A stretch of DNA of 63,016 nucleotides, filler included, from Choristocarpus tenellus KU-1152 (lineage: Eukaryota > Protista > Phaeophyceae): NCBI GenBank assembly GCA_964200185.2. It is 12 parts of 12 records of this genome, joined end to end, with 100 filler letters (N's around TTAATTAATTAA, not from the genome) between each part and the next. Parts side by side here need not be neighbours in the genome. Positions count along the whole stretch, not along the records: positions 1 to 8,785 come from CAXNAD020004336.1; positions 8,886 to 15,781 come from CAXNAD020007124.1; 10 more parts are not named here. One strand, given 5' to 3'. The first letter of the stretch is position 1. Every line of letters begins with the position of its first letter. The notes under the pieces were generated by a model. The model did no database searches. It was not told the DNA's origin and worked only from the letters and a program-made list of their open reading frames with translations. Shown here piece by piece: positions 1 through 11,695 of this stretch. Position numbers and translations under genes: made by a program.

Positions 1-612
1 ATGCTTTAGAAAGACTGAAGAGACTCTGAGGTAGAAGGTGCATACTGTGCAAAATAGGACAATAGTGATAGCATTACCTCCCAAGGTAATTTGCACACAT
101 ACAGTATTCTCCTTTATGGCGAGGTGGGAGATGATCATTAACACATAAACATTTTAAAAAAGCGCTCGTAATCGTTTCCATCTTATCCATGAAGCTTACG
201 ATTGATTTCCCAGCTCACCACGATTAATTAGTTGCTTCGACGATTGATTCCCAGCTAACCCTAATTACTACAAAATCGATATTATACCATATAGATTCTG
301 TGCCGCTTTTTTAGGGCATACCCATGGGTGAACAAAATCAGTGTAGGTACTGTAGTCTATTGTTGATGTAAGTGATACCTCTCAAATCCAAATAAAATAT
401 TTCTTAGATATATCCAAATAAAATATATTTTCAATAATATCGTATCAAATAGGTCTATTTTGTTTAGATTCGATATTGGGAGTATCAAAACCATATTTTT
501 GTTTGACATTCTAAAATTTCATGCTGGTTTCATATTGGAAGTAAGAAATTATGGAATTTCGGTCAATCTCTCCTTTCTCTACACTGAAGTAGATGTCCTT
601 TCATTAAACACA

Positions 613-790
613 CCAAATAAGAGGTAGACATGGTTGCATTTCAAGGATCTCGAGAAAGGGCAAAGAGACCCATTTTGTATAATTGTAGAAATAACCTTAA
701 CTGAATTGTGGTATCACGTTTTATGTGGAAAGGAGGGTAAAATCAATTTTGCGAACACTATTGTGTATGTAAAGCAACGCAAGAAGAGGG
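613..790 (+). repeat. Diverged interspersed repeat F (decayed coding TE fragment); other copies at 38765-38960 (+) and 39428-39625 (-)
   Basis: Shared blocks gagaggtag...gagaaagggcaaa-gac-cattttgta...gaattgtgg...tcaatt in all three copies. Confidence 0.6.
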
Positions 791-2679
791 TGTATTGGAC
801 AGGGTAAGAAAGATGGTTTAGAATGCCAAAGGGTCGAAGCCTGCCTGACTTTCAGTTGCAAGTAGCTCAAGAGGTTGTCCGCCTCTGTTCGCATAGGGAC
901 ATGTATGTGTTGTAGTATTGTACACAATCAATGTTACTATTAGAATATATGAACTAACGGGTGTCTTTTAAGCAATATAGAATATAGTGGTAACCAGAAT
1001 GATTCATGAGTGATAGAAAGGAATATTAGAATATTGTGATATTCGAGTAATGGTCTAGGAAATATATTGTTTGGTAACTTCTAAGATTGCTTGCTAGGAT
1101 GATTATGGAGGGTAGGAGAACACCCCCCCCTTATGGATAGGACTCACTCTTTACTGTAACATAATAAAGCATATTCGACATCATCATCTTTCTCCTTGGT
1201 GAAGCAGCATACTGCTTGATAGCATGCCAACAGTCCCCACTCTGTCATGGGAGGGAGTGCCCATGTTCACAACTTGGTTGCAGAGGCCAGGTCATATTCG
1301 CAGGAAATTTGACTTCTATGGACCACATAGCCAGTGCATTGGGAAGGTACACCTGTACCTTACTATCTTGCGCTAAACCACTAAAAGGCACGCATGCAGA
1401 AAGATCTGGATCGTGGTGGTGAAGATTCATCAACGAATAACCTCCATCACGTGTGATGTGAGTACAAGTGGTGGATCAATGAAAAACATACTATTAGTAG
1501 TATGTCGGAGTGTACATTAATAAATATATGCTCAAGGTGTGTCACTCAGACAGGGTATGCAGTGTCTGGAGTGACACACGCAAGGCATACATAAGCTAAC
1601 AAAGAGAAAACAACACACCAGGTACCACTCTATTCTAAGCCCGTCTGGTAGATAATGGTGGACAGAGGACCTCCAACCAGAAGAGGTGGCAAAAACATAT
1701 TTCATAATGGGCTGGCTGGCTGCATTCGTCTCTACCATCACAATGATTTCCTGCCTCCTACACCTCCACACTTGGGCACCAAACTCATCCACACAAGAGC
1801 GCAGCACTACACACACAGTGTCACCAACCATAACTCCAGAGAGATGATTGTGCTTGGTGATGGCTGTGTTGCCAGTAGGGAAGAACAAGCATTAAGACGC
1901 ATTTGAAGTAAGTGCCCTGTACAGGCAAATATTTCCGTGCCGCAACTTACTCAACTCTCAAAAATAGTCCTCCTTTTCCTTCTACCATCTGATTAGGGTG
2001 CATACCATAGTATACCTCCAGCTGGTACTGCAGTGTGTCCTCATAGATTGGTGATAATATATATATATGCGCTCTCGGGGGCATTTTCCCCACATCACAT
2101 CTAAAGGAGGGTCCCCCCCATCACCCTGCTCCTGTGTGACGTCCTGGTTGCCTTCTTGAATACAGCTTGGTCAGGCTGAACGGCTGGTTGCTCTCATCAG
2201 ATGAGGAGGAGGCCTCTCCCCCCTCACGATCGCATTTTTCCACAAAGCTTTTTGCCCTCAGCTTGAAACACCCGCCAAAATATATTGTAATTAGGAAAGA
2301 AGTTCCAAACACGTGACCTTGCTTTGGTATTGGGGGCAAATATTACAGCTAATACCCTCACTTCTTTTTTTCACCATCGACTCCTTCGTTGTCTCCTGCA
2401 TCGCCTTCTTTGTATATCATTTTTCTTCATTGCCGTTGTCACCTTTCACTTTTGTAGTGAAACACATTGTCCAGCCCGCTTGTGCAACCCACATCTGCCA
2501 TTACGACAAGCAAAACAATAATGTGGAAGTATTGACCTGGATCCCACCAGAGTGTTTAAGTGATGACTAACTCTCCAACCGCACGTATTGTCTATCTATA
2601 TGATGAGCATTTGTAAACCTTGAATTGCATGTGATTCAGCCTTCTGTGCAGACTGGCGCTCCTATTTGGAGGAATATTT

Positions 2680-2880
2680 CGACTTAATGGGACAATTTTG
2701 CTTAGGGGTTCCAAGCGGGGTGGAGCGTGTCCTTCTAGACATTCACCCAAGAAATGAGTGTGGCGAATGGGTCATCAGTCTACATGGAAGAAATGCTTTT
2801 CAACAGTGTACACCGCTCGGCCTTCATCAAGGCTCTCTCCAAGACTCTACCAGGACTCCTGCCCTACGTATCCAAGGTGT
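2680..2880 (-). pseudogene. Possible chromodomain remnant of an LTR retrotransposon
   Basis: Minus-strand reading with stops and frameshifts: AVYTVEKH...LISWVNV...LEPLSKI, resembling the chromodomain pattern Y.VE.I...L..W......WEP..NL. Confidence 0.3.
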
Positions 2881-4369
2881 ATAAGGACACCCTTAATCTT
2901 CTTTTCCCCCCTGGATGAAGGAGGGATGAAGATACTGCCATCGAGATCAGGGTACAACAAGGGGACTCCCTTCAAATGCAAGAGGAAGTTGTGATAACAC
3001 CGTAAAGATTGTTTGAATGTAGTGTCGGCAAATGTACATCAAGGAACCATTATTAGTGGGCAGGCTAGTGGTCGACACTAGTTGATGGTTCTTTCTGCAC
3101 TCTCCTCCCAGCGCTCAACAATTCACCTATTGATCGTTAAATCTTCCTCTTGTATTGCTTCAGTAATCTTCCCTTCAAACTCAGTGAGTCATCCCTCTCT
3201 TAGTGTTTTCCCCTTCACCTCAAGTCTGACTCAGTGGTTCCCCCCAAATCCACACCACCGACCGACAACAAATATCTCTATAGAGGGAATACTCTATGTT
3301 TCAACAGAACGCTGCCCGAACACGTTTATTGAGACATGTATATTTCAATTAATGTATGACCGATGTATGGCCGCTTGATATTTATATCCTACCCGGTTGA
3401 ATTTTTGGTCAGGAACACGCACAACACGAAAAAACGCCAAAGTTTATCCGTTCATTCCACCTCCTCACATTCTTACTACACTAGTTTCCCCACAACATAA
3501 AAATTCCAACAGATTTAAAAAAGGGCGAAAAATGGAAAAAAAAAAAAACACTTTCACCCCAACTTCTAAAAATACTACATTATATTGATACCATTTTTTT
3601 TATAGTAACATTGTTTATTACCTAACAAAATACATCGTTGTACATCAAAAGGAAATGTTGAAGTTTGAATCTGATGATGGTGAAGAATGAAGAATAATAA
3701 CAAAACAATATAGTATTTGTAAAAAAGATAGTCGGTCTTGTCACGTTTCCTTTTATCCTTGATAACTTCCTTGTATGGTGGATCCATCCCTCTTAGACTG
3801 TCGGCGTGAGTACCACTGCCATGAGGCAGGGTCCAATCAGTCGTGGGGGGTGTTCAGAATCACTAGTTGTGTCACGGTGGGGTGCTTCCAGCAAACCCAA
3901 AGCTCTCTCGGTCATCAAATCTTAGGAAAAGTTTTGTCAGATCCGAAGGATGATATCACATATTTTGGAATGTTCAACCGTAAGTGGTCTGAGGGTCCTC
4001 AAACTTTTCTGTATTTGATGTTGGCGGGAAGTTCACCAATGACAAAGAAATGTGCGCGCAATACGCTTCTGTGTGCGCGCGAATGTGCATATGGAATGAG
4101 ATAAAGGTCCCAAACTGTCACAGATACCCTATTTATATAAAATTGGTCACACGAATTCTGGGTTAATTAATTACTTCTCTTACCCCATCACCTCCACCTC
4201 ACTTCCTCATCAACTGACACCGCATACTCACTCCTGACCACACCAAAATCACACCATACTTTATTACCACCTCAATATACGTCCAATCTTGGCGTATCCA
4301 CTGACAAACCAATGCGGACAATTTTCACGGATCTACTCATCATACACCAATCCTCCCAAAAAGCTCCAC

Positions 4370-4560
4370 CTTCATCCAACACACTCCATATTCCTCCACA
4401 ACACTCCACAATCATACAAGAACACCCCACAATCATCCAAAACACTCCACCTTTAGCCACTCCCATACAAAGAAGAAATCTACCCCACCCAAGCTTGACC
4501 TCCCACCCTGTCATCATTCCATTCTCTCGTGAGCAATCAAGAGGATGGACGGGTCGGGAA
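4370..4560 (+). repeat. Interspersed repeat E (diverged copy); better copies at 18498-18990 (+) and about 44560-44844 (-)
   Basis: cactccacaatcat...ctaccccacccaagcttgacctccc...cgtgagc...gggcgggaa is shared with 18570-18720. 18720-18985 is the near reverse complement of 44580-44830. Confidence 0.7.
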
Positions 4561-5856
4561 ATTCGCCTTCAGTCTAACCTCTGAGTCCTTTGTCCGCCTA
4601 CCTCCCACCTAGTCCTTTTCAGCGCCACTCATTTTCCTGTTAATTTCTCGACTATCAGATCTACCTTCAACCATCCAATCTTCATCCTTTTGTATGAGGA
4701 GCGCGCTGGATCAAAACTCGCTGAGCCCAAAGGGGCCACACAACTCAAGACGATCACGAAGCAAAGTTCAGATGCGTTTCAGGTGGAGTCATCGCCGGGG
4801 GAAATAGGTGGTGTTAGCTTGCGTTCCATGGCGGTACAGTGGGTCTATCTAGGGTGTAGTTGGTGGAAGTACAAGACAAGATCGGGCAAATGTGTTGTTG
4901 TATGTGTCGATCAAGTGTTGAGGCTCATAATCTGCTGAAACCTGAATTGAATGTATCGTACATGTAAGCAAATGCGTAGTAGACTACGAACCATGGGGAA
5001 TCATGGTGTTGCAAAGCACCGATGAGTAATATGCATAGTCTATGTTGTGGATAGATGTGATTGTGCTGCAAAGCAACAATGTATTTATTATGTTGTAATT
5101 GAGTTCATTGATCTCTCAGTCAAGAATGATGCGATGTGAATTCAGTGTTCTTTCATGAGATACTCAACGAAAGAAGTCCATGCTCTGTGGTGAGACTTGT
5201 TACCTTGGCTGGCAAGGGTTTCCGCGGATGGTTTTAACTCTGATTATACTACATCCAGGTGTGCAGGTGGTTCACTTATTGCAGAGTGAGCTTGGTGCAT
5301 TATGTGTAACAAATGGTAACCACGAAAGAAATAATAATCAACAATTAACGTACAGCTGTCAACTGTCATCTTCTGCTGATAAGAAGAAGAAAGAGAGAAA
5401 AAAAGAACGAGAGAACAAACTTGAATCAATATGTGATACAACTCAAGTGACGCATACTACTCCTATGTGTAGAATGCAGAGTGACTGCTGTACTAGGGTG
5501 TTCTGACGGCAATTGATATGGTGATGATGAACTAGTAACAGTAACGACCAGTGCGTAACAGACCAATCACCAGACAATGTTGACTGGTGGACCTGTAGCG
5601 CATCAAGTAAAAACAGTGCAGAATAAAGGTTTATGATTGGAGTATGTATGCAGCAATTTGCAGATGTCTTTTAACTTTTTGTCTGTAGAAATAGGGTGGA
5701 TGATGATAATATAAGATAGAGCATCCATTACCTCTCTTTCAGTTCTTTGATCTTGAGTGAAACATCAAGTCACACTTTGAGCTAAGCACTTAGTGAAGCA
5801 TCGAGAGAAGAGTGTCTGACACCCAAGTAACTGTCACCAAAGGCAACACCCCCGTA

Positions 5857-8348
5857 AGGTGGTACCAGTAGCTTCGCCCTCTGTGGCAATCGTAGTTTTT
5901 TTCGCCGGAGCGCCACAACAGTTATATAACGTATATATTATATGAAAGAGCATGACAATCAGCAGACACGTCAAAAATATGTCTGTGTCAGTAATCCTCC
6001 GGAAAGTGTGCAAAATGTTGGACGTGATGTTACATATAGAAAATAAGACTTTGAAAGTTTGTATGCACGAATGTCCAGGCTTCGGGGAACGGGAGCTATG
6101 TCCTGATCAAAGAATGACCAAAACATAGGGGGATGTCTCCCGCGGAATTTTGAAGTTCACGGCATGAAAACGGACAAAAATGAAGTGGTTGGCTGAACTC
6201 CTTGCAAAAACCTGGTCCGGGGTACGTTACTGCCCAAGTTTGACTGGTGTGGCGATACCGAAAAAAAACAAGATTTCCGGACATCTTTTTAACACCTTTT
6301 GCAGACTTTCTGTGAGCACACACACACGTGACTTACACATCAACATGAACCATGACAGTGAAACAAGGAGAGCCGCCGAGGCCACTCTGCCCCCTGGATC
6401 TACCCTCGACACCTGTTACAGGCGCCCCTCAGAACTCACCTCCACAGGATGTACAACTCAAATTCAACGACCTTAAAACGATGCTATGGGGGCACTGCCT
6501 TTTACAACGGCTTGTAGGGTGTCAGATAGCCTTCTCTTGGTACTCCACTCAGTGCTTAGCTCAAAGCTTGACTCAATTGTTTCGTTCAAAAGGTAAGACT
6601 GGTGCATATTATATATGTAAGGGGGGTAAAAGTGTTTCCACTAAAAGTCCTCTTATTATTTTCATCATCCACACAATTTCTTTGGTCTTCTACCAACTGC
6701 TCTATAGGTACTCTAATCATAAACCTTTATTCTTCAACTTAGTGACTGACATTTTCTTCTGTAATGTTTCATAGGTATTCCGAATCTTCTCTGCATCTTC
6801 TACGAAATCACCATTTATTCTGTAAGGCTACTTTTGTACTTGTCAGAACTCGAGAAACAATCCTCACACTATTATACGCCTGTCACAAATGTTCGTATTT
6901 CCTAAAACATGAGGAGAGAATGCTCGCACTATTCGCGTGTAACAAATGCTAGCACTTCGTTGGAATACAAGAAGAAGCGCTCGCGCTATTCGCCTGTAAC
7001 ACACCTTCTCTATCGAAAAGTGACGGAAAGTAAGTACCGTGCGACACTCAGTGTGATGTTAGGTGACGAGAAAGTGCGAGTAGTGTGACGCAGCAGCATA
7101 ATCAAATCGCGCAAGGGATCACAGGGCCACGACGCTGATGCTGACCTTAAAACGCATTGAAAGCACTACCACACAAACGTAGTTTGGTCTTCAACCACGC
7201 CGGAGCATTGCTCTGCAGTCTCTGCCACCTTGGGAAAGCAGGAAGAGAATGGCGAGATCATCACCAGGTGGTAGAGTGACGAAGTCTGTGGGGAAGACTG
7301 GTCATGGCGGGCGAAGGGAGAACCGGGGTGGCCACCTAAAGGGAAGATTGAGGAAGAAAGCAGTGCAACTGCGCGCCATTGCGCTCAGGAAACGCCTAAA
7401 CAAAATCCCAGGTGTAGAATATCTCAGTAGTCAACAGTTGCAGCAGGCCCTGGCTGTTTGGAAGCCCTGCAAGCCAGAGTGGCTTAACTTATAAGAGGTC
7501 GTGAAGCAGGTGGAGGTAGCCATTGACGAGGACCCCAGGGAAGAAGAGAGGTGAGATTGAGACTATTTGCACACCAGTGGTTTGGTGTCTCCCACTTTTT
7601 GCAAGATGCCGTAGATTCACTTTCGTTCCTGGACTTAGGGTTGGACGTATAAAGTTGATTAAGGCTTTCTTCCAGCCTGCATTCATTCGAGAAGTCAGCA
7701 CAATTTTCGATCGACTCAAGCCTATCCTCCCTCGCCCTTGCACCTTGATGATAAAATATCACTCATCCAGGAAACACGGGCAATGCCCATGTCTGGCGCT
7801 CAACAAGGAAATGCGATAGTTAAGACTCTAACACTGCAAATCCTGTATGTGTGTATGAACGACAGGAATGACCACTAAACGGCGCTCGAGATGGCAGCAA
7901 GATATGAGATGATCAGGCCGGAAACTGTGAGTAAATGGGAGAGAGATTTCCTAACTATGAGCCACATCAAGGTTTCGGAGCAAGGGCACCATGAGAGGCG
8001 TTTTGTTCTGGGCCTCGGCGAGGACATCCTTGCCGAGGTCAAAGAGCGGGTGCGCGAACACATAGGAAGAAAAGGAGGGGAGGCTTTCCCCCTGCCTAAA
8101 CCCTGTACTTTAATCAATTAATAGTGCATCTGTTGACATTCTTGGTGACCTACAATCAGGGGTTCAAACCCCAATATGAGCCCTCTTTCTTCAAAAAAAG
8201 GAAAAAATGGCGAGAAAAAAACGAAGCTCGTACCCTGGAGGGCCTTGTGACGGGCATCACGAATATGCTTTTATTTTCTTAATCCGATATCTACATCAAA
8301 CGTTATGACGGGACAACCCCAGAGGGTGAATCTCTACTGGTACCACTA
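5857..8348 (+). mobile_element. Element C: non-autonomous or decayed IS630/Tc1-mariner-superfamily-like DNA transposon (about 1.9 kb without the nested LTR)
   Basis: Imperfect TIRs (aggtggtaccagtagcttcgccctctg / cagagggtgaatctctactggtaccacta) flanked by TA on both sides. Degenerate ORF ending ETVSKWERDFLTMSHIKVSEQGHHERRFVLGLGEDILAEVKERVREH, resembling a transposase N-terminal HTH region. No DDE core seen. Further copies at 36784-38497 and 54195-54555. Confidence 0.75.
6414..7001 (-). mobile_element. Solo LTR (family D, 588 bp) of a Ty3/gypsy element
   Basis: TGTTACAGGCG...CGCCTGTAACA termini (11-bp inverted repeat) with a 4-bp TSD, CACC. The empty site is visible in the element-C copy near 38020. 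The same family follows the PPT at 53406. Confidence 0.9.
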
Positions 8349-8420
8349 TAGTGTCGTTGTAAGGTCGTTGAATTTGAGTTACACGTCCTGTGGAGGTGAT
8401 TTCTGGAGCATGTTATAACA

Positions 8421-8434
8421 TGGAGGTCCTACCG
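8421..8434 (+). other. Primer-binding site, tRNA-Gln type
   Basis: TGGAGGTCCTACCG immediately follows the LTR end and is complementary to the 3' end ...GGTAGGACCT-CCA typical of eukaryotic tRNA-Gln. Confidence 0.7.
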
Positions 8435-8785
8435 CCTCTCTTTAAACTGGAGATAGTACTCAGTATACACCTCAGCACTTAGAATTCTCGGTAGCTCCCT
8501 ACGATAGCCTGGAATATTTTTCATTTTGTTCGATGGTCTCTTTGGATGACTCTGAACCACTTTCGTCGTCTACAGGACTTCCTTCTACTTGGCCTCGTTG
8601 TCTCCATGGGTAGTCTTCGAACGTTAGCTCCACCTACTAACTTGGAGGAAGGGCCTAGTGTGATGGCATCTGTGACTCCAAAGGAAACATGCTTATATGT
8701 ATGGTAACGGCAACCGAATTGGTTTTGGCATGCTTATATGTATGGTACACTACATATTGTATTACACAATATATACATATATACG

Positions 8786-8885
8786 NNNNNNNNNNNNNNN
8801 NNNNNNNNNNNNNNNNNNNNNNNNNNNNNTTAATTAATTAANNNNNNNNNNNNNNNNNNNNNNNNNNNNNNNNNNNNNNNNNNNN
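8786..8885. other. Artificial contig linker (44N-TTAATTAATTAA-44N). Identical linkers at 15782-15881, 18398-18497, 22011-22110, 27715-27814, 35436-35535, 40267-40366, 44845-44944, 48509-48608, 53807-53906 and 57775-57874; plain 10-N gap at 17186-17195
   Basis: Exactly 100 bp each, with a central palindrome that gives stops in all six frames, a standard pseudomolecule spacer. Confidence 0.98.
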
Positions 8886-9669
8886 ACATCAAAATTGCAA
8901 CATTGGATTTTGGTCCCCAAATGGACGCGACTCTACCCTCTAAAATACTTTGACTCATACCTTGGAATAAGGCTTCAAAAATGTCTACTACGCTTCAACT
9001 CTGTTCTTTTCTCAAATGTGTTTCACATGCTTACGTAATGTGAATTCTCTGTTCATTTTTCAGACATGATGTTTTGTCCCTGCAATGCAATTTTTGTGTG
9101 TATGTACTTGTTGATGCAGAGAACAAGAGTAGAGGTAACACAGTATAAATCAGTCAAGAAAATGTGCAATGATAACAAGTCTCCAAGCAAACGCACTCAT
9201 CAAGAACATCATTCTCACCCTCTGCAGAAATGTACACCATGTACTTTGTAAGCATCTACTCTATGTAAATTTTGCCTTCAAGTCAAGAAATAGTATCATG
9301 CCAGTATTGGAGGAGTCCAGTACATGCCTCAGACATCATGTGTCTGTAGTGAATTGGTGCGTGTGGTAGATTGGACTCCTCTAGCGGATGCTCCTTTGGT
9401 CAGGATGACGACCAGTTCATGTGAAGCATGTGGTAGTTTCTGCTGCACTATACTGAAGGTCTTTGAGAAAACACTGTGAGCAACACAGAAGACAATATAG
9501 ACGATAAAATAGAAAAGTTTGAAATAGTTTCAAGAATGTACTTCTAATCTTCCTTCTTGTTATCTATCCCTTAGAGTATGTTCTTGGTGTGTTTCCGTAC
9601 AGGAATTTCGCCAACTTGTACAAACCCCAGTATGCCAAATGATAATCAATTCTACTCCAGAGTATGTTG

Positions 9670-9846
9670 GGGTCAAAGTATCTTGGGGGGGGGGGTGTTG
9701 TGAGGGGGCGTCCGTTTCGGTCAAAAAAGTCTTTTTTTGACTGACATTTCAAATTCAACACGTGCGACCAAATCACACCAAAAAAGTGCAAATCGAAAAA
9801 AGGGTCAATAACGGACGCCGACACCCCCCCCCAGATACTTTGACCC
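9670..9846. mobile_element. MITE family A (about 170-190 bp, poly-G/poly-C subterminal tracts). Other copies or partials: 27645-27714, 27815-27885, 35391-35435, 45007-45186, 48609-48700 (internally deleted), 50131-50309, 52152-52338, 53598-53776, ~53950-54134, 57595-57765, 60498-60667, 62973-63016
   Basis: TIR GRSYC-AAAGTATCT-G(n). TSDs: TTG (this copy), TGA (45007), ACCT (50131), ACC (52152). Removing the copies restores the gypsy reading frame. Confidence 0.92.
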
Positions 9847-11695
9847 TTGTTTTGATAATAGCACGTCCTGGACGACCACTGCTACTTGCACAAGGGAATC
9901 CTCGATGGCTTGTGCCATAGTGTGGGTAATACCAAGAGGACGCTGTGTGCGAAGGACATAAAAACACTCGCTGCAAGAAAAGCTGTGTTTCTCGGTCGTG
10001 TCGAGGCAGAACTGTGGAATGACAAGTACTCCTCCCCCCTAAACCTTTGGCATGTCTTGACAGAGGTTTACCCTAAGCTTTTAGATTGGTGCAAGGAAGG
10101 GAGGTGCGACTTCACATATGCTCACCAGCTCAAGTAGATTTTTTTTGGTTTCAGGTCTAACTTAAAGTAGGAGTGTTTTTTTGACTGAATTCATTTTTTC
10201 TGTTCCTTCCACAATGTGTCCAACATCCGAGTTTGCACGGCCTGGGGCAAATGTTTTAAATTTTGGAGTTTATAACTGTTAGGGTAACCCTAATTAAAGA
10301 ACAAATTGTAGATACATCCTCCCTGCTGTGAACTATTCGACTTGATGAAGTCGAATGTGTCTTTCTCTTACCAAATATTGAATCAGCTTTGGTTCAGTAT
10401 TTGGGTTGTCATCTGTATATAGATAGGTATTTGCCACATCTTTTACAACAGCACACACCTCCTGACAAAGACAAGTGTAGTATCCCGTGGGATAACACCC
10501 TTTCGCCCCCTAAGCAGTTCTTCAGAGGCGAAGCGAGGTCGATAACCGTAAACACCAATCAATGTCTAACACAGCATATCGTCCTCATCGCACTGTGAAG
10601 GTGAAAGTCAGAATTCTTCTCATGTTTTCCGTTCACTGTTATGGGGTGCTTTGGTGATCACAGGATAACACCGGTTGGGAATCTATAGTTTACACATACT
10701 ATATCAGTATACCCTAACGCACATTCGAAACTTGGCCTAACCCTTAGACCAAAGGAGGGTACGCTTACGCTTTAAAAGTTCAATTAAGGAAGTGCAACAA
10801 TATTCATCACCGTACGTACACCAACAAATAAAACTACTCGATTATTAACTCGAAGTAATCCGACTAATTCCAAACCCCATTAGTGATGTCTCTTTACAAT
10901 GAATGGATGTAGACATTTGTTCTCCTCACGAAGCGTAAACGACCAGTTAACCCTAATGAATGACAATTTCAGATGCAGGGACTATTTGGACATGAGGTGT
11001 GTGCTCCATTCAGGTCGGTCCAAAAGCGACTGAGTCGATCTTTCTGTGTCGCGATCGAGCGAAAGTTGTAACTCTTTTCTCATCGTAGGCAACACTTGTG
11101 GTATCAATTTGGAAGTCAAGTATTGAACTAACAGCATGGTCAAATTTTGGTTAGAGTCAGGGAAAGGGGGGGATCGGTATGGTGATGAGCAAGAAGTGAA
11201 AGGTTCTTGCTTGCTGTTGCCACATGTGTGCACCCTGGCATGTTGGACTTGGCGCGTCGTACATACAACACATCGTTGACCCGGCGTAGGATTTTACATA
11301 GTCTCTGCCGTCGGTATTTCCAAAATTGCTGTTGTTACCATATATTGCTGCGATTTCTAGCATAAGGGTACACCCCGAGCAACGAGGAGTTACGGGTCAC
11401 CTCTTTTTTTTTTTGTTCATGTCAATACGTGACAAAGTGGTGAATAACTCTGTCGGTCCTCTTACGAGAACGGATTCGTGTCTTACCTCTTCTGTCCTCA
11501 AAGGTTTGATTTGCTTGAACCTGAACCCATTTAAATGGACCAAAGCTCTTCCTACTGCCTCTTTTATCATTCCAAGTATAAACCCAAACACCACTTCACA
11601 AGCAAACGACGACCACGGACAAAACACAATTGAGGATTCCGAGATATAGTAGATACTGTGAGCGCGTAACACACATTTGGTACAAATTGTGACAG

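Larger units (their letters stand above)
5619..8420 (+). mobile_element. Gypsy 5' LTR (family D variant), split by insertion of element C; LTR parts about 5619-5856 and 8351-8420
   Basis: Both parts match LTR family D in sense orientation (gaataaaggtttatgattggagtat, gagctaagcact, gtcgttgtaaggtcgttg) and join across a TA. The LTR ends ...ATAACA and is followed by a PBS. Confidence 0.8.

Noticed and set aside
932-1180. Solo LTR (TG...CA with AATAAA)
   Set aside because: No convincing TSD and no second copy in the window.
6414-7001. Family D as a Ginger-type MITE (TGT..ACA ends, 4-bp TSD)
   Set aside because: The same family occurs after a PPT downstream of gypsy pol (53406) and before a PBS (8421), so it is an LTR.
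8344-8350. Element C as a CACTA transposon
   Set aside because: CACTA is at the 3' end in the wrong orientation, and the flanks are TA, not a 3-bp TSD.
8830-8841. Recurrent TTAATTAATTAA motif (11 copies) as a biological repeat
   Set aside because: Always centred in exactly 100-bp N blocks; it is an artificial six-frame-stop linker.
9670-9846. MITEs acting as introner elements
   Set aside because: Their ends lack GT/AG signals, and the resolvable insertions are in dead retroelements, not host exons.
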